Source: Phoronis australis
Taxonomy: Eukaryota; Animalia; Phoronida
Direction: 5' to 3'
NCBI GenBank assembly: GCA_002633005.1
Contig: NMRA01000558.1
Location: 10,441 to 74,440, forward strand
DNA: 64,000 nucleotides
Translations under genes and position numbers: made by a program
In this document: positions 12,701-24,600 of the stretch, piece after piece
Position numbering within the stretch: the first letter of the stretch is position 1
Layout of the letters: each line of letters begins with the position of its first letter
Notes under the pieces: generated by a model
Told to the model about the DNA's origin: nothing
What the model saw: the letters and a program-made list of their open reading frames with translations, nothing else
Database searches by the model: none

Positions 12701-15276
12701 CATATTTAAATTCACCTGCAATGATGCCTGACCCTTTGATTTGTTTATCACAGCATGATTGGGCTTCCAAGCAACACAGCCGCCATTGGGTGCACTTTGT
12801 TACGTCGTTCTTCAGAACGTCTTTACAAACTGTAGATTCATTCAAAAAGACGTCTACCTCATAGATAAAGCTGAGATCTTTGGTAACTAGTCTTACAGAT
12901 CCATTGTAGAGTGTAGGGATGAGACCAGTAGTGCCGTGTGTCACAGCATCAAAACATTTGGCACAAGTTGTCAATTCGAAATATACTGGCATTTTACGTC
13001 TGTAACCATCGAGGCAGTAACGAGATGAGTTGTTGCGGACAGTTTGCGTCTGAAAGTAGTCAGGTTTGAGGATTAGTTCTAGTGTACTGATTATTTGCTT
13101 ATCGGGAAGTCCCGCACGGCTATGCCTTTATACAGTAACCGATTGCGACTCCATATTGGAATATGAAGTCATGCACTAGCAATGGGAGCGTTGCATTTTT
13201 CAACTTTTCCAAGAAACGCGTTAGTTTCGAATAAAAAACACCAGTTTGCCATTTTGAGCTTTACGGCGCGTGGTGTTTGATTTTGATTATTTATTCCGCC
13301 AATAAAACTATTCATTCAATAATGTATTGAAGTTCTCTAAGACAGAGAATATTTTATTAATTTTTCAGCATCTGTCACTGCGGTTATAGTGTAGGTGAAT
13401 GGAACAAATCACAATTGAAGCGACTGTCCTTACCGGTATATCAAAATGACAATATGACTAAAATTCGAATGTAATGCCATAGTTTTATACTGGGGATTGT
13501 TGCTTTTTTAGTGTTCCCAGGAAATACATTATTTTGACACTGTCTTCAATGCGGGAATTCACGGTAAATGTCGTGGTTGATAAAAGCATTTAATGTGAAA
13601 TCGGAGACAGCACTCTGTGTAATTCGTGGAAAGGAAGACTTAGGGAGCAGAGAGTCCGGTCCCTTCTACAATGACCAACATGATAAAACATCGATACGGA
13701 CAGATGTCGCGAATGTTTTTCCTTTGGTTGCAGTGTTCACCCCACGTGATATCCTAGATATATGCTGCCTAACAGACCTCTTCCGGTCCGGTGCTCACTG
13801 AAAAAGGTTGCGTGCGAGAGAGAACCCACGCACACATGCAGTTGAGAGCACTCGTTTCGATATTTGATCAGCCAGTGAGATCTAACTCGTTAGCAGCAAA
13901 ACGCTCTGCTTACTAGCTAAACCACATTCGAAAAATGGCGGGCGTATTTAGCTGGCAAAGGATTTCAAGGTCTAGTCAAGGTTAATAGCTTCAGGACGTT
14001 TAATCCCATCCAGCAACAACGTCAAAATACATTTTCGACCATAAAAACGACAATTTAGCTTTACCGGTGCGCGTGAATACATGTACGTAAACTATCTGGA
14101 AATGAAATTTTCGGTGTTAAATTATTTGAAAATTTTTAAAATCGAGGTATCCATTGGAAATGTCTTGTTTGGTTACAAATGCACACTAAGTGTGCAAAAA
14201 TATCGTTCACAGAATTGCGGGATGCCGCACGTTAAGTCTTAAAAACATATACATGTACCACTAGTAACAGAGTTGCGATGTTCAACGGTACAGAGCTAAG
14301 AACAATGCAATCAGTGTTAGTTCGTGTTTTAATTACCACGGAAAAGTGCTTGGGAAGACAAACTCTATCATACATCGAGCAGGCATATAATCCAGCAGTG
14401 GATTCTCGGACATAGTGAGAAAGTTTTCTCGTTTCATGATTACAAATTATGAAATGACAATGAATGGTGATGATCTGTAGTACAACTAGAGGTTACAGTG
14501 AACGGCAGCAGCGTCGTGTTGTGTGATAGGCCACAGTCCGTCAATGAGATGGTCGTATTCCGTAATTAAGTGTAGAACACTCAATTACTCTAGTAACAGC
14601 AACTGCTCGGCATTAGCAAAGCGAGGACTGTCTTTATTAGACAAGTGAAAGGTTTAATATAAGTTACAATTGGGTGGGTTGCATGCACTAAACTTCACGA
14701 TTCAAGGTTCTACAGGAAATAACAGTAAGCAATTCTATGAACCTTCAGAACAATCATAAGAACTATTCTATTGGCATATTTGCTTTTTATGGTAATGGTC
14801 AGCTGTCTCAAGACTATCACTCTGTGAATGACCATTACACGTACTGTACATGATCTAGTTTGGTACAGAGTTTATCAAAACCCGTGTGGATGCACCGGAT
14901 AGGCCCCTAACTCAACTGATAGCCAAAACAAGTTACAAAAACATCAACAACTTGTTAATGAAGTAGTAATATCAATAATACTATCAAACCAACATTCTAA
15001 GTGAAATACATGTATATCATGAATATGCCACGGAATTCATGACATTATCATCGACCAAAACAAAAGAATAGAACGGAAGAGAGCGCCTAAATGAACATAG
15101 TGTATACAGTATATGCTCTTGTAAACTTTTCAGGGGCTCAGTAGCAACCGTTACGGAGGCTATTGAACGTTTAAAAACCAAAAAAAATCATATCCACTTA
15201 CAGCAGAAACGTACACACAAAGTACGACCACAGCAGCAAAACTTCGTGAGAACATTCTCATTTTTCGAGCCTCCAT
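792..15276 (-). CDS. Class B (secretin-family) GPCR, calcitonin/CGRP-receptor-like, with extended Cys-rich N-terminus; 3' end incomplete
   Basis: Phase-consistent exons with AG/GT sites: 15276-15202 (signal peptide MEARKMRMFSRSFAAVVVLCVYVSA), 13049-12716, 12516-12400 (YCPMVWDGVICLPSTPSG..GKCP), 11375-11269 (ACGVDGNW..TNLTSC), 10649-10537 (TM1 LIGYSLS), 9207-9039 (TM2 RIHTNLF), 6382-6226 (TM3 CMFCEG, TM4 GWG), 6136-6061 (VPAV), 4938-4875 (CW..HIP), 4456-4374 (VNFIIL), 957-792 (TM6 ATFTLVPLLG, TM7 STQGLVVSLIYCFFNRE). 487 codons; the terminal exon was not found in the window. Confidence 0.92.
1392..1536. mobile_element. Short GC-rich MITE (CATGGGCGGC...GCCGCCCATG), internally duplicated
   Basis: Terminal inverted repeats plus two internal GGGGGCT(A/T)TAGCC..CCACTTTTTTCAGTGCT units; related copy at ~25397-25547. 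Confidence 0.6.
7727..7869. mobile_element. MITE with TIR GTTCAGTAACGCTAGGACC
   Basis: Inverted termini GTTCAGTAACGCTAGGACC...GGTCCTAGCGTTACTGAAC; closely similar second copy at 18627-18753. Confidence 0.75.
11470..11870. mobile_element. ~400-bp dispersed repeat with TTAA-like flanks (Kolobok-like non-autonomous element)
   Basis: Aligns along its length with 35519-35925 (GTAACACCTGTAAA, TAAATTGCCAA.TGTAA.GAACTGTTAGGC, TCTAAAATAACAAAA.TCCGTTGAAGTTAA); both copies are bounded by TTAA. Confidence 0.65.
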
Positions 15277-17358
15277 TTCGGAGCAAACATCCCATTGACG
15301 GAATACCTGGAACATAAGACAATGCTTGTTTGGAGTGTCAGTGCACCTGTGCTGAGTCATGAGCTTCAGATAAGGAACTTTGATTGACATTGAAAACATC
15401 CTTGTATAACCAGAAGGTCCTGACCTTTGTCAAGTCAAAAATAAAGTCATACAGGTACGGTATAGTTGACAATTTCACGTGTATGGTAAGAAATTCCAAC
15501 AAATGCTTTCGGTACTGTACCACCGAGATTTCTGAATCCTCCAGGCACCCGTTCTCATTGCAAGGCCGACTGAGCTGAATACGTAATAGTTCGCTTTCTG
15601 GGCTAAATATTTGTATTTAATGTATTGTTATTTATTTGTGTGGCAAAAAATACCTCGAGTACATATAAATATTCTAGACCACGTTAACGGCTATTAATAT
15701 TTTAACTTAGAAAAAGACTATGAGAATACTGTCTTACTCTTTAACATTAATTGTTACCTGCTTCCGCCTTACACGCTACCTCGAGTTGTACACGTACATG
15801 TAGATTTCAATCCCTTCACAATGTTGCATTCTCTAATTCCAGCGTCCAAGGAATCAGTCATTAGGGACTTTTTCATATGATTAATCAACAAACAGTAACA
15901 ATTCAACGTATTCGTTTAACAGTCTGTACTACACGTGCAAAAACCTGGTACAATTGTTGTCTAGTTCGTCACTGAAATGTCGTTGACCTTTGCATTAACA
16001 ATTTTCTGGCACTTAGCGGAACTTTTTCATCGTACACGCATTCAATGTCGTGTTAATCGTTAGCTTACCTCGGGATAATGGCGATGAATTCCGACTTCGC
16101 ACCAATAAGAACAATGCCTAGTGCAAGTATAACTTCATATCACAATGCGTTTTCTTTTTCACCTTCGCGTTTCCGCTGCCATAAAAGACAACTCGTGATA
16201 ACAAATAACAATCTATCTAGTTTTTGTACTCTGGACTCTCTCTCCGTCAGCGAGTTTGTTCAACTCGCAGCCTTAAGTTTATCTCGTCGTTTATCTGGTA
16301 TGTCGTCATTCCAATAAGTTGAGACTCCATCAATATATTTACCTACACGTACTTTAGAATTTTCATAAAACAAAAACAAGCGCTCCGACTACAGTTGCAT
16401 AACAATCAGACAAATTATCTTGACTTTGGTTGTTACATAATATCAGAAGAGCATCCTGATAATATTCAAATCTCTTACCTTTCAAGATCTGCCGTTTGTC
16501 ATACATGTTTAGATCAGTAGATCATGTTGTATGAGAAATAAGCTCGTTCCAGGATGTTGGTGAACAGTGAATTTCCTAGGGGAAACTAGTCATGTATTTT
16601 TGACACGCGTCTAAATAGAATTGTGAATACATGTAAGTCACACGACGCAAAATGCCATTCAATTGGTGTACCCGAGCTTGACGAATAATATGGCTTCTTA
16701 ACTTCGAATCAAATCGAATTTTTTGTACGTTATTTGTAGAAATGAATCGTGATTTTTAATCTGGGTACAGTATCACAAAGTCGTGTGGTGCGTTTTCAAG
16801 CAAAAATCACGTATTCGATATCTCCAGGCTTTCAAAACAGCAACGGGTATCTTTGGTGGTTTCACTCACACGAGGGCGCTGCGGATTCAGGTCGGGGATT
16901 CGTGTTAGCCACTAGGGTACGTGAACTGTGTCAACACGAAGTCAAATACACGGGTGAAAATATTTCCCTTGGCCTTGCAGCAGTTAGTGGGTGTCAGTAG
17001 TTCACTCGCTCTTAATTATAATGAGACAAATTCAAGGAAATTGGGGGAGGGGGGTTAGAAACTAATCACGGGCAACCGTAGCATCCCAGCCACTGAACGC
17101 TTGACGTACATTTGTTGTTTAGACTTCAGTAGTAACTTTTGGGCAAAAATCGTGAACCGGTAGAAGGTACATGTATCGTATGCTCTTGACTTCCATTCCT
17201 ACAGTTTTCATGTAATTACCATCAGGGATTTTATTCACGATGTTGCTGGAGTTTAGTTCAGACGGTCCATTCCGATTTGTAGTACCCGTCGAGCTACGTA
17301 AATAAAAACAATAACAACAAAATGGTATATTTGTTCACTTGGCTCACTTTTTTACTGA

Positions 17359-17662
17359 CATAGGCGGACTAAAGGGGGAGGCAGGGGGCCTGCCCCCGCC
17401 CCCCTGGCTGCCGCAAACAAGAAAATGAAACAGCAACAGCGTGAACCCAAATACTGAGTTCGGATGAGGAGGGCTCAGACGCGGAAACGCGTTCCCGTTA
17501 TTTTTTTTTTAGTTGACGGATGAGTTTTCTGAACAGAGGGTCCACATCCCTCCACATCGACACCCGTAACTTTTGGCGCGCCGCCTCTACACATACAATC
17601 GCGCTATGCCCAATTCCTCGAGGATGTTGGCCCCCCCATATGGTATCCTAGATCTGCCACTG
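17359..17662. mobile_element. MITE of the CAG/TGGCGGATCTAG...CTAGATCCGCCACTG type
   Basis: Left end CATAGGCGGACTAAAGGGGG.., right end CCCCCC..CTAGATCTGCCACTG; related ends at ~8080-8140 and ~25890-25932. Confidence 0.55.
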
Positions 17663-18516
17663 TTTTAGAAATTTTTGGAGAATGACACGGTCCAGCAACA
17701 GGTTCGATTTTTATTTAGTATACCGCTAGGTGTTATTTTGCCACTGTTCTGTTCGTTTCAATTTCTGAGACGGAGGGAAATGTTTTTTAGCAGTCCTAAG
17801 ATGGTCTCAAACTGGAAGTGATACACACGATTTTTCCCGCGATTTAGATCAGCACCATTGTAAGGGATTATGATCATAACAAATTTATATTTTAATGTCG
17901 TGTGGGGAAAGGAGCGGAAACTACAGCTTTAATGAATCAAACACTACTGTATTACTTTACCCATTAACTACTCACCATAGCGAGCACGCTTTTGTCAATT
18001 GTGTGGTCTTTTAAAAGCATGACGCACAATATCACGCGCATAGGAATCACACTTCATAGGACAGTTTGGCAAAAGTTGTGTGGCAACTAAACCAGTCTAG
18101 TTCATTGCGCCATCTATAGTTCGACTGCAAACCAAACTGCTACAGGTTTGTTTTGATTGCGGTCCTACCCAAAACAGAACATCATGCACAGACGCACGCA
18201 AGAACGCTCATCATCTAACTTATAAAATCGTGGTTGTTGCAGATAAATAATAAGGGTTTCCCCCCAAAACAGTTTGATGGGGTTTATAGCTCTTAGCATA
18301 CACAGCAACCATACAGGTAGTACGTTGTGACTTAGAGTTTGTCTGGTCTCTATAAAAACATGAATAAAATATAAGTTGACAAATACTTAATGTGTAATTA
18401 GTAGCCTCGAAATTACAGACAAAATATGCCTTCAAGATTAAATCGTGGTGTGCAGTTAACAAGGATAGGAGTTTGTGAATCTCGTACCATAAAAGTCTCA
18501 AGCAGTCACATTCTAC

Positions 18517-18571
18517 CATAGACTATAGTACATAGACCGCCAACTCTGTATACTTTTATGGACGAAATCTG
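18517..18571 (+). mobile_element. Solo terminus of a THAP-encoding DNA transposon family
   Basis: CATAGACTATAGTACATAGACCGCCAACTCTGTATACTTTTATGGACGAAATCTG is nearly the exact reverse complement of 52229-52284. Confidence 0.65.
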
Positions 18572-18626
18572 CCAGTGCTCTTACAGAAGCAATGACGTCA
18601 TTATTCACTAGCGACAACTGCCTCCC

Positions 18627-18753
18627 GTTCAGTAACGCTAGGACCTCGCTAAAAAGCAAGACTTCGCGAGATTACGTGAGATATTGCCGTGCATTTGAAA
18701 TGAGAACACGTGACTTTGACTAGATTTTAGCTAGGTCCTAGCGTCTACTGAAC
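18627..18753. mobile_element. MITE, second copy of the 7727-7869 family
   Basis: Same TIRs and closely similar internal sequence as 7727-7869. Confidence 0.75.
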
Positions 18754-19326
18754 GCACGCCTGGCAGGTTTTATTTCCGGCAAGTAGGTCGTCTGCTAATC
18801 ATGGTCGGCTATTGTGTCGTCACAATATACTAACCGCAAACTGAAACAGATAATTTAGTAGAGTTGTACCTTCTCTAGGATAGTACTCAAGAAAATGTCG
18901 GACTTGCGGCGAATCTGTTGCCCATAATATATGATTCCACAAAGATATGATTTAAGGTTACGACAGTTCCACAAGATGCACATGCGTCCTCACTACTTAA
19001 AAGGGAACTGTATTTTATTCTGAATAAATTCTGGATAGTTTTCCATGAATTGTTGATTAATTTCACAAATAATTCAACAACAAAAATTAAACTTATATTC
19101 TCTAACGAAGCTAAAAAAATACCGGCTTGGAGCGCTGCTTATTTATTAACTGCCATTATTTATTAATTATTTAATAATTATTTTTATTTAATCATGAACT
19201 TTTATACTTTTAGTACCTTGTTAATTGTTTGTTCGTTATTTATTTTGTTTCATCAGACTTTCCATGTCACTTTTATAGTCATCTTTTGTATTTCATTTTT
19301 GTAAGTCTCATTTGTTTGTGCATATT

Positions 19327-19332
<6 letters not shown>

Positions 19333-19386
<54 letters not shown>

Positions 19387-19428
19387 TGGGGGTGTGTGGG
19401 TGTGGGGGTGTGTGTGGGTGTGCGTGTG
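19333..19428. repeat. (TG)n microsatellite with degenerate TGGG tail
   Basis: Directly visible ~25 pure TG units followed by TG/GG variants. Confidence 0.97.
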
Positions 19429-19879
19429 TCTTTATTGAAGGACCCTACGGGAAGCAGATGGGGTTACACTCATAAATAAAAAGGGAACAGTTGGAATAAA
19501 GAACATATATCCAATACCTGATTGTCAAAACTGACGAAAAGATCTTGTGAATGCAATCTGAAAATCTTCAAGAGCAAAGAAGTACATGCACCCAGCCGCC
19601 AAAGAAGCATTGATGTCTTCATTAAAGCAAGGTCCGTATCTGAACGGGAGAAACTCGCCTGAACGACGCCTCACGCGCAAACGCAGGTGTGCACGCATAC
19701 AGAGTAGATACTAACTATAACATTCATTTATCTGAAACGTTAAACGGGTAATCATCGGACGCCCTGAATCAGACCCATCATAACTGTTCTAGGCTGAGTT
19801 TGAAAGCAGCACGGACACTTGTGCGAAGCAACCACATTACAATGTACACACAGAGCTGCATTGTCGCAAACAACCTCAA

Positions 19880-21340
19880 TCACGTTGCTGTAACCGCTGA
19901 TACTCCCATTACAGAAACAACGGCCAGGCACATGTGCTGCATGTACACGTAGGTCCTTCAGTAGTAGCAGGTGGAAACTCCTACACTCCCTATGGAGTGC
20001 AAGAGATAGCCTACACAGTTTACAAGACATTGCCGACCTTCCACACCAACCTCCAAATTGCAGATTTCCAAGACAATCTTTTGACACGAAAAACCAATTT
20101 CAATTATTGCGTCCAAAAGTGAGTAGTTGTCAACAGGAAAAAGGATGAACATAGCACCCTCTACACACATTTATGGTCACGCGTTGAATCTTGCTTGCAC
20201 AGATAGTATTGGGCAATGCAAGTTGATAGCCATTGTTTTGGACACTACCTACATGTACACAATTACTGAACTGATAAAAAGTCACAAACATGAAGCACAA
20301 AGGAATGAGATGCATTGGTTGAGGTTAGAAAAAGGGATAAAATTAAAAAGTGGGTATTATTCGGGAATTATGACATACAAGAGATACCCTGAGGCGACTG
20401 TAATTGTCCTAGGGAGTCCAAAATTGCAATTATTCCCAAATGAAAGCACAGATATACGGAATGCAGTGCCATATCACAGTTAAACTTTTAGAAGTGGCAG
20501 AACCCCTCGTGACCAATGCCGATATTCCGAATTCATCGATCCAGCCCTTGAGGGTAAATAGAAGACTGTTAGGCCAACTACATCACAACTCATTACAAAG
20601 GACGGCGAATCTAGATAAGAAACGGGAAATGTGCCACCAGAGTCAACTACTACTCCAGACCAATATTATCAAATTTATTTTGAAAGTCTTGACAATATCA
20701 TCACATCAGTAAGCGGCAGGTTTGTCCAAGAGGATTACAAAATCGACATGCAGTGTGAGCAGCTGATATTGAAGGCTGCAGAAGAGAGAATTTTAAAATG
20801 AAACCTATGGGGTCAGTTTCGAGCAGGAAGGCAGTCAAGACGTGACATTGCATAGTGCTGTAGATGACTTGAAGGAGTCATCAGACAGTCAAAATCACAT
20901 AATCGCGAATGTCATAAAACTAGCGGCATTACTGATGGTGATGCCTACGACAGATGTCGGCAGCGACCGAGCGTTCAGAGCTCTTTGGCGGGTAAGGTTG
21001 TATTTACATTACCCAATTGGGCTGGGAAGGTTGAATCGCTTAATGTTGCTTCATGTTCATCCAGACAACTGTGACAAGTTACATGTAAATCTGGTGCATG
21101 TGGCTAAGGATTTTGTGCAAGGAAGTGAGGTATGCAAGGTACAAACCAGGAGCTTTTACCAAGCTAGACTTAGGGCTTGCCCCAATTCCTGTGTACAGTG
21201 GGGCATTGTCAACTGACTTATGTTGAGCAAAACAGCAAAGGGTTGTCCTAGTTCACTTTGAAACTTCCATATATCCAGTGATACCAGTATGCAGTGGATT
21301 TGAAAATTCAATGTCCCCTCGGGACCCCTCTAGGTGCACG
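19880..21340 (+). pseudogene. Decayed hAT-family transposase (ZMYM/hATC dimerisation type)
   Basis: Fragmented ORFs: THIYGHALNLA (degenerate CxxH motif, ORF 20127-20483) and KLAALLMVMPTTDVGSDRAFRALWRVRLYL..GRLNRLMLLHVH (hAT C-terminal dimerisation domain, ORF 20842-21216); many frameshifts and stops. Confidence 0.85.
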
Positions 21341-21682
21341 TCCCTCCAAAAATAATATCTACAGTGTAGCTTACTACAGTCTTGGTTTCAACACAATTAC
21401 GTGAAACTACGTGGGGAGTTTGAAATGGAATTGCAAGGCCAGGTTCTACATAACTTACAGGTTGCTTTAATAGTGAAGCATTGTTTTGATTTAACGAAGG
21501 CATGCATTCCTTCAAGCCAACAAAGTAAACATAATACAAGGAAAAGGGGAGACATTCACTGCAGTAAGTGTAGTCTAGTAGAGAAATATTATGTAAGGAA
21601 TTATTTCTCAATGCCCTACTTCACCAACATAGTAGTTGGGTGGCAACTTCAAGTAATTTTCAATCTTGCCTTTGAAGAGGTT

Positions 21683-24600
21683 TCACCATACTAGCTTTGG
21701 GTTAGATTTATACTTTAAGTAGTCCTCCATCTTAAAACACGAGATTTCAGTTTCATGCTCAACTCCACAGTTTTCCAATGACTTTCCAGGCTTCAAAAGG
21801 AGGTCTTCGTCATTTTCAAGCACGATCACAGGATCACTGGACTGAAAAAGATGACAAGAAATTCCATGACTGCATCTCGATATCATCCCCAACTTCCACG
21901 CTTGCTTGAAAATAGTTACTTTATTTTCTTAAAAAGCACTAAAAATGTGCAGCCAACAAGACACCAATAATGGAAGTCAGTGCCTTCAATTGGATAAATG
22001 GTATGCGGCAATCTCACATCATGAAATGTTTATAGACAATGAACCTAGTGCATACATTCAGTTATTTACAGACAGAAAAAAGCTCTTCTAATACACAACA
22101 ATTAACACTAAATAAAAAGGGAAGAGTCAGGTTAAGCATTACAAACTCTAAATTCAACAAAGTGATTCTAGTATTGTACTTTATTCTCTTTAACTGTAAG
22201 GAGTTACAAATACCCAAGGGCAGCCTGGTTTCTTTTTAAAACACAGATGTTGCCACAAATGACAATTTGGCAAGCTACCTGCTACAGTAGATCACACGGA
22301 AAGCCAACATTGTTTCAACTTGGGTCCGTTACACACAGCCTGTACACAGCCTCGTACCCCAAGGCTCAAGATGGCTGTGATCCATTTAGGCACTTGAGGC
22401 TTGGTTATGGGAAATGAAATGTGTCGGAATTCTGACACATTTTTTACGGAAATCACTGGAATATCACGAGTGATGTAATTTTGAAATTTTCTGCCTCAAA
22501 CGGCTAAACTGAACAACGTCATCTTGAGGCTTGGGGTCAAAGCTTTGAGTGTAAATAACGATTGAAGGCTGAGAACATAAATCTGTCCCAGACTAAAATT
22601 CAAGCCGCTAAGAAAAAACTGAAAACAAAATTTGTATGGTGCCTCCTGGTCTCTACCATCATAAGTGTTTTAATATAAAACAATGGAACAACCAGTTCAC
22701 CAATTTATTGGTTCAAAACTATTGAAAAAACAGAGGGTACAAGCTAAAAATAAACAGATAGAGACACTAAGACCCAAGATATGAACTGGAAAATCAATAA
22801 CAATAAATGTAGTGACACTTTCAGAAAATGGTCGTCCACAACGGCACAGACTTTGACAATGCGGACATCGCACAACCTATGTCAGGAAGACGTCAGAATA
22901 ACCAAGAATGAATTCATGTTTTGCCCTTTAAGTTCTGAATTCTCCTTCCCTGTTGATTAATTATGTTATCACTATCGCCCAATATTTTATTTATTTACGT
23001 AGCCAACAGCAGTTGCATCCAGATTGGTCTGCCCTTAAGTTATTTATGTCAAAATATATTAAAATTAAAATATTTAATTTTCAAAAACAAAAAGAACCGT
23101 ACAACATTAATATTAAAATGTGGGAGAGCCTCAGTGCTGCCATGCAATGAATCTGCAATATCTGTAACATATTTAATTCATATATTGTTTAGAGGTATTA
23201 TTATTAAATGATGAAGTGTGTGGATGAGTGTGTGAGTGAAAGTCCTTTCCCCTTTTCCTTGTTTACCCTTTCGCCCTTTAAAAAATTTATAAGTGTATCT
23301 TGTTGAAGAAAAAAATTATTAAAAAAACTATGTCAGATGGTACACTTTAAGGCGTGGGGGTTCAGTATCGCATAAGTCAGTATCGAGAAGCCTAGAGAAC
23401 GTCCATGATAATTCGCTCACATGCCACATTTGTGTTGACTTGGCGAGGGTGGACAGAAGTTATGGATCCAAGACATGTACCTGGCTGGAGACCATTGGAG
23501 ATAAATAGGAAGTAAAATTAAGAACTTGAAGTCAATACAGAACAAAAATCGGGGCAACATTATACAACACCATACATTGGTTATGAAAATACTTATCCCT
23601 AACTGCACAGGTGATGCTGGCTCGCCTGGCAAATATATGAGCACTTAGGCAATATTTCATTCTGTATCACATATTCTAACACAATACACAGACAGACCTA
23701 CCTTAGCTCCATAGGCTTTGTGCTGTATCTTCATTGCATCTGAAAAATTTATAAACTGCTATATATTACCTATCAACAACACCAAGCACTGACAAAAAGG
23801 ACAATCTAACTTAAGTGATATTTCCTCCTTAAAAATCACTATGGGTAAGCTTTGTTCAACCATGAGTGGAAACATACGAGCCAAACTGCATTAAAATCCA
23901 TTAACAACCCCTGAAGATACAGAGGCTAACTTAACAAAAGGTAGTCAGATGGGTCTGAAACCAGTTATCATGTGTTCTCACATTCACTAAACAGACAGAA
24001 GCCAAACTTAACAAAGACCATGCATGAGGTCAAGGAGATCCAGACGCAGGTGAAAAAAATAACGTTATTGCGACCAGCGACCAGGTAGTACTGCAGTGGT
24101 CAGACCTATCCGAAAACCAATGTCACAAGTGGTCTTCTCCATAGGAGCACAGATGATCTGCCAATTTTCCATACAATGTATAGTTAACATACAGCACATA
24201 CAAATCACACGACTACCAATCTGACTCTTACGAAGCTAGAACCAGCAAAAGCTTGTGTTTGTTTAACAAGAAAATGCACAAAATTATCAATCAGCCTGGA
24301 CAATAACGTCAATGTACATTAGAATACACACCAAATTGGAATCTCTTGAAGGGTAATGGAATGTCTGACCTGGATGACAGCTCACTCATGACATATTCTT
24401 TAAATGCTTTCACATCCTGACCAAGGTCGACGCATTTTAATACAACATGCTTAATATTCCTATGTTCAAATGACCTAATAAGGCGAACTGTTAAAGTTGC
24501 TTTAGTTGTGTCACCACTCCTAGAATAAAAGAAAATGACAGGTTTTCTTATTAGTGTACAAGCCACAGAACACCATTATTTTAAGATATTGACAAGTCAG

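Noticed and set aside
19229-19438. Cys/Val-rich ORF
   Set aside because: Translation of the (TG)n microsatellite.
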